Assembly (NCBI GenBank): GCA_024642045.1
Contig: JAHEBX010000001.1
Coordinates: 17,590-81,589 of the forward strand
Direction of reading: 5' to 3'
DNA: 64,000 nt
From: Pseudorhodobacter sp.
GTDB lineage: Bacteria; Pseudomonadota; Alphaproteobacteria; Rhodobacterales; Rhodobacteraceae
The position numbers and the translations under genes were made by a program. The notes under the pieces were generated by a model, which was not told the DNA's origin, did not search any database, and worked only from the letters and a program-made list of their open reading frames with translations. Shown piece after piece: positions 59,096 to 64,000 of this stretch (within the stretch, counting starts at the first letter, position 1; each line of letters opens with the position of its first letter).

Positions 59096-59446
59096 TCACC
59101 CCGTGGCCAATCCCGCCTCGTCAATCGGGTTGAACTCGTCGGCCAAGAACCGCTCGAACGCGTCCAGATCGACCGGTTCAAATTGGCCAAAACCCTGCAT
59201 CCATACGCTTGCCGTGCGCAGCGCGTCGGGTTCCAGCTTGCACCAAATCACCCGACCGCGCTTTTCCCGCGCGATTAATCCCGCCTCGGACAGAATCCCC
59301 AAGTGTTTTGAGATCGCCGCGAGGCTCATCTCGAAAGGCTCTGCGACATCCGTGACGGCCATGTCATCTTCCAGCAGCATGGCCAGAATGGCCCGCCGGG
59401 TCGGGTCTGCGAGGGCCGAAAAAACCATGTCCAAACGCTCTGCCAT
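59096..59446 (-). CDS. ArsR/SmtB family regulator
   Basis: FSALADPTRRAIL, SLAAISKHLGIL..AGLI motifs. Confidence 0.9.
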   Translation of the reverse strand: MAERLDMVFSALADPTRRAILAMLLEDDMAVTDVAEPFEMSLAAISKHLGILSEAGLIAREKRGRVIWCKLEPDALRTASVWMQGFGQFEPVDLDAFERFLADEFNPIDEAGLATG

Positions 59447-59477
59447 GGCACAACTATCGCGCCTGGCCTGAGGATCG

Positions 59478-59493
59478 TCAACCAGATGGTTGA
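59478..59493. promoter_or_regulatory. Candidate ArsR autoregulatory operator
   Basis: Perfect inverted repeat TCAACC-AGAT-GGTTGA 31 bp upstream of the arsR start. Confidence 0.6.
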
Positions 59494-59583
59494 ATATAGG
59501 ATTGCATCAAATTGCCGAGCGGTGGTGCTGATACATTTGACGAAATATATATAATACAATGGGTTGCATAGTATCATCCCCGC

Positions 59584-59612
59584 TTGACTCGCAGGGCGCC
59601 GCTTCGTAGAAA
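59584..59612 (+). promoter_or_regulatory. Candidate sigma70 promoter of the atp F0 operon
   Basis: TTGACT-N17-TAGAAA. Confidence 0.5.
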
Positions 59613-59638
59613 ACCCAAGACCATTTGGGGGTTTTGCC

Positions 59639-59998
59639 ATGGTATCGGACGCGGATCGCGAGCGCCTTTCGGCCTTGGAGAAGCGGATTGATGCCGCCAA
59701 AGCCGCAGCGGCACCACGCCGTTCGGCCCAAGAGGATAAACATCGTCAGGCACAACTGGCTTGGCGCATGGTAATTGAGCTGGTGGCCGGTCTGCTGATC
59801 GGTTTCTGCATCGGATACGGGCTGGATACCCTGTTTGGGACCAAACCGGTGTTTCTGGTGTTGTTTGTGCTGGCTGGGTTTGCGGCGGGGGTGAAAACCA
59901 TGCTGCGCTCGGCGAAGGAAATGCAGGGCGACGCCGCGCCAGCGGTTGATCCAAAAGCAAACGCCGCAGTCGCGGCAGACGATGAAGAGGAATACTGA
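59639..59998 (+). CDS. atpI: AtpZ/AtpI family protein
   Basis: [24 protein letters not shown]; first gene of the F0 operon. Confidence 0.85.
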   Translation: MVSDADRERLSALEKRIDAAKAAAAPRRSAQEDKHRQAQLAWRMVIELVAGLLIGFCIGYGLDTLFGTKPVFLVLFVLAGFAAGVKTMLRSAKEMQGDAAPAVDPKANAAVAADDEEEY

Positions 59999-59999
59999 C

Positions 60000-60773
60000 G
60001 TGGCAGGCGAAGCGCAAAGCGAAGGTGGATTGTCGTTCCATCCGCTCCAGCAGTTCGAAGTTCACCCGCTGTTCGGCGAGGGGCCGATCCACTGGTATAC
60101 GATTACCAATGCCACGCTTTGGTTGCTGATCGCAGCCCTGGCCGTGATCGGTGTGTTTGCTTGGGGCTCTTCGGGCCGCAAGATTATTCCATCGCGGATG
60201 CAATCAGTTGGCGAGCTTGGGTATGACTTCGTGCACAATATGGTCGTTGACGTGACCGGCGAAGATGGCGCGAAATACTTCCCGATGATCATGACGTTGT
60301 TCCTGACCATCGCCTTTTCGAACATGCTTGGCTTGTTGCCCGGATCTTTCGCGCCCACCTCGCATGTCGCGGTGACGGCAATCCTCGGCTTTGGCGTGTT
60401 CCTGTTCGTGACGCTCTTGGGCTTTTACAAGCACGGATTGCACTTTCTCGGCCTGTTCTGGATGACGGACTCGCCGTTGGTGCTGCGTCCGATCATCGCG
60501 ATCATCGAGTTGATTTCCTACTTTGTGCGCCCGGTCAGCCATTCCATTCGTCTTGCGGGCAACATCATGGCGGGCCACGCCGTTATGAAAGTGTTTGCTG
60601 CCTTTGCGCCGATGATCCTGTTCTCAGGGATCGGCATTTTGGTGACGCCGGTGTCGGTTCTTGCCATCGCAGCAATCTATGCGCTGGAGGTGCTCGTCGC
60701 CTTCATCCAAGCCTACGTGTTTACAATCCTGACCTGCGTTTACCTGAAGGATGCTTTGCATCCGGGTCACTAA
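60000..60773 (+). CDS. atpB: F0F1 ATP synthase subunit a
   Basis: [30 protein letters not shown] motifs; GTG start. Confidence 0.95.
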   Translation: MAGEAQSEGGLSFHPLQQFEVHPLFGEGPIHWYTITNATLWLLIAALAVIGVFAWGSSGRKIIPSRMQSVGELGYDFVHNMVVDVTGEDGAKYFPMIMTLFLTIAFSNMLGLLPGSFAPTSHVAVTAILGFGVFLFVTLLGFYKHGLHFLGLFWMTDSPLVLRPIIAIIELISYFVRPVSHSIRLAGNIMAGHAVMKVFAAFAPMILFSGIGILVTPVSVLAIAAIYALEVLVAFIQAYVFTILTCVYLKDALHPGH

Positions 60774-60820
60774 CGCCTGTCTTAAACTCATCTAACCTAT
60801 TCCATCGTAAGGAGAATATC

Positions 60821-61060
60821 ATGGAACTCGCAGCAGCAGCCGCAATGGGCAAATTCATCGGTGCAGGCCTTGCCGCCATCGGTTCGGGCGCTTCGGCTAT
60901 CGGTGTTGGCAATGTGGCCGGCAACTTCTTGGCAGGCGCTCTGCGCAACCCTTCGGCAGCCGGCTCGCAGACCGCGACCCTGTTCATCGGTCTGGCTTTT
61001 GCAGAAGCACTGGGGATCTTCTCGTTCCTCGTCGCTCTGCTGTTGATGTTCGCAGTCTAA
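60821..61060 (+). CDS. atpE: F0F1 ATP synthase subunit c
   Basis: [19 protein letters not shown] motifs. Confidence 0.96.
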   Translation: MELAAAAAMGKFIGAGLAAIGSGASAIGVGNVAGNFLAGALRNPSAAGSQTATLFIGLAFAEALGIFSFLVALLLMFAV

Positions 61061-61082
61061 TCTGACCCGTCCATCCTTACGG

Positions 61083-61114
61083 TCAGGGGTGCCGCCAACG
61101 CGCGGCGCCCTTGA
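61083..61114 (+). other. 13 bp stem-loop after atpE
   Basis: TCAGGGGTGCCGC-CAACGC-GCGGCGCCCTTGA (two G-U pairs). Confidence 0.55.
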
Positions 61115-61144
61115 ACTTCAAAAAGGGTCCGACGGAGGGGCAAA

Positions 61145-61693
61145 ATGACAGCGACCACCACAACAGAAGCCGCAACCGAAGTTGCGCATGAGGCAGCCGC
61201 ATCAGGTGGCATGCCACAGCTTGATCCTACGCATTTCGCGAACCAGATCTTCTGGCTCGTCGTCACCTTGCTCGTGGTCTTTTTCGTGCTCAAACTCGTG
61301 GCTTTGCCGCGGATCGGTGGCACATTGGCAAACCGTAAAGGCACGATCATCAACGATCTCGCCGCCGCGGAAGAGCTGAAGCAAAAGGCCGTTGCGGCCG
61401 AGAAAGCCTATCAGGATGCGCTTGCGCAGGCTCGTGTCGAGGCGGCAAAGATCGTCGCTGATGCCAAGGCAGAAATTCAGGGTGACCTGAATAAAGCTAT
61501 CGCCAAGGCAGATGCCCAGATCGCCACCAAGTCAGCCGAATCCGCAGGCCGGATCGACGAAATTCGCGCAGGTGCGCAGGAAGCGATCAACGAGGTCGCC
61601 AAGGATACCGCCAAGGAATTGGTGGCAGCTTTGGGCGGCAAGGCGGATGCAAGGTCGATCACCGCTGCGGTGACCGCTCGGTTGAAAGGCTAA
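61145..61693 (+). CDS. F0F1 ATP synthase subunit b'
   Basis: GMPQLD, NQIFWL, LPRIG, coiled coil. Confidence 0.92.
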   Translation: MTATTTTEAATEVAHEAAASGGMPQLDPTHFANQIFWLVVTLLVVFFVLKLVALPRIGGTLANRKGTIINDLAAAEELKQKAVAAEKAYQDALAQARVEAAKIVADAKAEIQGDLNKAIAKADAQIATKSAESAGRIDEIRAGAQEAINEVAKDTAKELVAALGGKADARSITAAVTARLKG

Positions 61694-61697
61694 GATA

Positions 61698-62264
61698 ATG
61701 AGAAACGTATTTCTTATCATCGCTTTGGCAGGTATCGTTGCGGTCCTGACCGCCAACAGCCATGGCGCTGCGATGTTCAGCCTGCACAACACCAACTTTG
61801 TGGTGCTCATCTCGTTCCTGCTGTTCATCGGCGTGCTGATCTATACTGGGGTCCCGGGCGTGTTGGCGGGGGCACTCGATGCTCGTGCCGCGCGCATCAA
61901 GGCCGAACTGGAAGAGGCCAAGGCTCTGCGGGCAGAAGCATTGGCACTGCTGGCTTCTTATGAGGTCAAGCAAAAAGAAGTGCAGGAGCAATCTGCGCGC
62001 ATCATCGCGCAGGCCAAGGAAGAGGCGCAAAGCGCTGCCGCCAAAGCCAAGGACGATCTGAAGCTGTCGATTGCCCGCCGTCTTGCGGCAGCCGAAGAGC
62101 AGATCGCTTCGGCCGAGGCTTCTGCCTTGCGTCAGGTCCGCGAGAGCGCGATCTCGGTCGCTATTGCCGCAGCGGGCGAGGTGTTGGCCAAGCAAGCCAC
62201 CGCAGAAACCGCGACCGCTTCGATCGACGAAGCCATTGCTCAGGTTGACGCCAAGTTCCACTAA
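61698..62264 (+). CDS. atpF: F0F1 ATP synthase subunit b
   Basis: FSLHNTNFVV TM, LDARAARIKAELEEA coiled coil. Confidence 0.9.
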   Translation: MRNVFLIIALAGIVAVLTANSHGAAMFSLHNTNFVVLISFLLFIGVLIYTGVPGVLAGALDARAARIKAELEEAKALRAEALALLASYEVKQKEVQEQSARIIAQAKEEAQSAAAKAKDDLKLSIARRLAAAEEQIASAEASALRQVRESAISVAIAAAGEVLAKQATAETATASIDEAIAQVDAKFH

Positions 62265-62280
62265 GCGTTTGGAAATAAAG

Positions 62281-62309
62281 AAAGGCTCGGCAATTCGCCG
62301 GGCCTTTTT
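62281..62309. terminator. Bidirectional intrinsic terminator
   Basis: AAAGGCTCGGC-AATTC-GCCGGGCCTTTTT with A and T tracts, between convergent atpF and the FadR-type gene. Confidence 0.75.
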
Positions 62310-63075
62310 ATTTGCGGTTTTCATTCTCGAGCCGGAGTTTGGCAATAGACTCGTTATGATTGTATTTGATTTGCTCCAGCATGGCTGCTTGAACAAAATC
62401 CAGATGCACCTCGACCGCTTTGCGTGCCGCCAGCGCGTTGCGGGCCTGCACCGCTGAGTTAATCGCGCGGTGCTGATCCAGCAGCATGTCGCGCGTCACC
62501 CGGTTCTTGAACATGACCTGTCTGTTGTAGAAAACGCCTTGACGCAAAAGCTCATACATCGAGCGCATCATGTGCAGCATGATGACGTTGTGGCTGGCCT
62601 CGATAATCGCCATGTGGAAATGCGCATCCAGGTCGGATTCGTCCGTCGGGTCGCGCCTTTGGTGGGCCATTTCCATTTTGCCGAACACCGTGTCGATGAC
62701 TTTCAGATCGGTGTCCGAGCCAAGCCGTGCGGCCCTCTCGGCCGCAAGTCCCTCGATGTCACGTCGAAACATCACGTAGTCGAAAACCGCTTCTTGATGG
62801 GCCGCGAACAACCCGATCAGGGCAGGCGAAAAGGCAGACCCAAGCACCTCTGCCACAAAGATCCCAGAATTCGGGCGGCTGGTCAGCAGGCCGCGTTCCT
62901 GCAGGTCGGCAACGGCCTCGCGCAAAGAGGGGCGCGAGACGCCAAGCTGTTCTGACAGCTCGCGTTCCGAAGGCAGGCGTTCCCCGGGTTGCAATATACC
63001 GCGCAGGATCAGCAGCTCGATTTGATGAACCACGGATTGCGACAGTTTCTCGGCCTCGATCTTTTTGAATGGCAT
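62308..63075 (-). CDS. GntR/FadR family regulator with FCD domain (PdhR/LldR-like)
   Basis: PGERLPSERELSEQLGVSRPSLREA, DAHFHMAIIEASHN motifs. Confidence 0.92.
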   Translation of the reverse strand: MPFKKIEAEKLSQSVVHQIELLILRGILQPGERLPSERELSEQLGVSRPSLREAVADLQERGLLTSRPNSGIFVAEVLGSAFSPALIGLFAAHQEAVFDYVMFRRDIEGLAAERAARLGSDTDLKVIDTVFGKMEMAHQRRDPTDESDLDAHFHMAIIEASHNVIMLHMMRSMYELLRQGVFYNRQVMFKNRVTRDMLLDQHRAINSAVQARNALAARKAVEVHLDFVQAAMLEQIKYNHNESIAKLRLENENRK

Positions 63076-63094
63076 GATTTGCTCCGAACCGGTT

Positions 63095-63111
63095 AAGATG
63101 TATGACCAATT
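63095..63111. promoter_or_regulatory. Possible FadR-family autoregulatory site
   Basis: AAGATGT-ATG-ACCAATT, partial match (11 of 14) to the PdhR/LldR-type AATTGGT-N3-ACCAATT. Confidence 0.35.
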
Positions 63112-63178
63112 CTTTGCCGCCTCAACGAAAAACGAGCGGAGCCTGCGCCCCGCTCGAATTTAAGTTGCCTAAGGTCAA

Positions 63179-63832
63179 TCAGGCCGTGGGACGAATAATG
63201 ATCTCGACCCGACGGTTGGCCGCGCGGCCCTGCGGTGTCAGGTTCGAGGCGACGGGCTGATCTTCGCCGCGGCCATAGGCTGCAATCCGACCGCCCTGAA
63301 CGCCCGAGTCGCGCAGCACATTCGCCACGCTGTTCGCGCGCCGCTGCGACAGATCCTGGTTGTAGGCCGCAGATCCCGTGTTATCCGTGTGACCGATGAC
63401 TTCGATGGTGCTGTTTGGATAGCGGTTCAGCGACCCCGCGACCGCACGGATGTCCGAGGTCAGATCAGGGCGCAACGTAGCGCTGTCTGTGGCGAACAGC
63501 ACATCTTGCGGCATGTTCACGACCAGATACTGGCCGTTGTTCGTAACCGAGATATTCGAGTTGCCGATCGACGAACGCAGATCTGCCGCCTGTGCGTCAA
63601 GCGTCGATCCGATAGCGCCGCCCAGCGCCGCGCCGATCACGCCGCCGACAACCGCTTTGCCCAGCTTGTCGTCTTTGCTGCTTGCACCGGCAACGGCGCC
63701 AAGGAAACCACCCATCATCGCACCATTCTTGGCACGGGCATTTGGATCATCGGGATAGCTGTTGGGGTTCACGCAGGCGGTCAGCCCGATCAGGGCTGCG
63801 GTGGACAAAAGCACGGGAGTTTTGAGTTTCAT
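63179..63832 (-). CDS. OmpA family lipoprotein with glycine zipper (YiaD-like)
   Basis: Lipobox LTAC, Gly zipper, IEVIGHTD, LSQRRA..V, NRRVEI. Confidence 0.92.
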   Translation of the reverse strand: MKLKTPVLLSTAALIGLTACVNPNSYPDDPNARAKNGAMMGGFLGAVAGASSKDDKLGKAVVGGVIGAALGGAIGSTLDAQAADLRSSIGNSNISVTNNGQYLVVNMPQDVLFATDSATLRPDLTSDIRAVAGSLNRYPNSTIEVIGHTDNTGSAAYNQDLSQRRANSVANVLRDSGVQGGRIAAYGRGEDQPVASNLTPQGRAANRRVEIIIRPTA

Positions 63833-64000
63833 GGTTCGCCTCTGGGTATCATGGTTGGGCCTGATCCGGCCGATGCCCTTCTATAGGCTAACACGTCGGC
63901 AGCGGCATGGTTTCTTGCGGGCCTTAGCAAGTTTTCGCCCATGCTCACAGGTTCATTGCAACGTCGTCGCGGGCGGACTCGAAAGCAAGCATTGCGCGTT

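Noticed and set aside
59096-59446. ArsR as the missing soxR
   Set aside because: Only one Cys, so it lacks the SqrR/BigR/SoxR cysteine pair; it is separated from sox by rpe-gph and has its own distinct operator
63945-64000. Possible 3' end of a - strand gene (RAMLAFESARDDVAMNL-stop)
   Set aside because: Too short to support or assign
1-64000. CRISPR arrays, tRNA/rRNA, integrases, prophage genes, riboswitches
   Set aside because: No repeat-spacer periodicity, cloverleaf or rRNA signatures, or mobile-element ORFs recognised by eye; an Infernal/Rfam scan was not possible

Overview
A gene-dense, GC-rich alphaproteobacterial window, most likely Rhodobacterales. This is inferred from the stand-alone F0 atp operon and the soxS-VWXYZABCD layout. 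In order: (1) the end of a ribose-type ABC transporter plus a tetronate catabolic operon (ltnD-otnK-otnC-otnI and a second beta-hydroxyacid dehydrogenase). (2) An ~18 kb uncharacterised sugar-catabolic locus of two convergent operons: afr-like reductase, CoA transferase, enoyl-CoA hydratase, sorbosone-dehydrogenase-like ALDH, Gts-like ABC transporter with two binding proteins, two GMC oxidoreductases, Dabb protein and LacI on the + strand; an orphan SdhA/NadB-like flavoprotein and kdgK on the - strand. Both promoters carry the same TGGAACGTTCCA palindrome. (3) ClsC-like phospholipase D plus EEP hydrolase, and a MacAB/LolCDE-like exporter. (4) The DabAB inorganic carbon pump with a divergent LysR. 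(5) An Lrp-linked PLP lyase / M24 hydrolase / racemase trio. (6) urtABCDE. (7) A sox thiosulfate oxidation cluster with TauE and YeeE but no adjacent soxR or soxE. (8) Housekeeping genes: rpe, gph, ArsR, atpIBEF'F, a FadR-type regulator and an OmpA-family protein. I saw no rRNA, tRNA, CRISPR array, transposase or integrase. The best novelty candidate is locus (2): its enzyme set fits a CoA-dependent route from 1,5-anhydro-sugars to KDG, which is my inference and is untested. All family calls come from recognising motifs by eye; no database searches were run.
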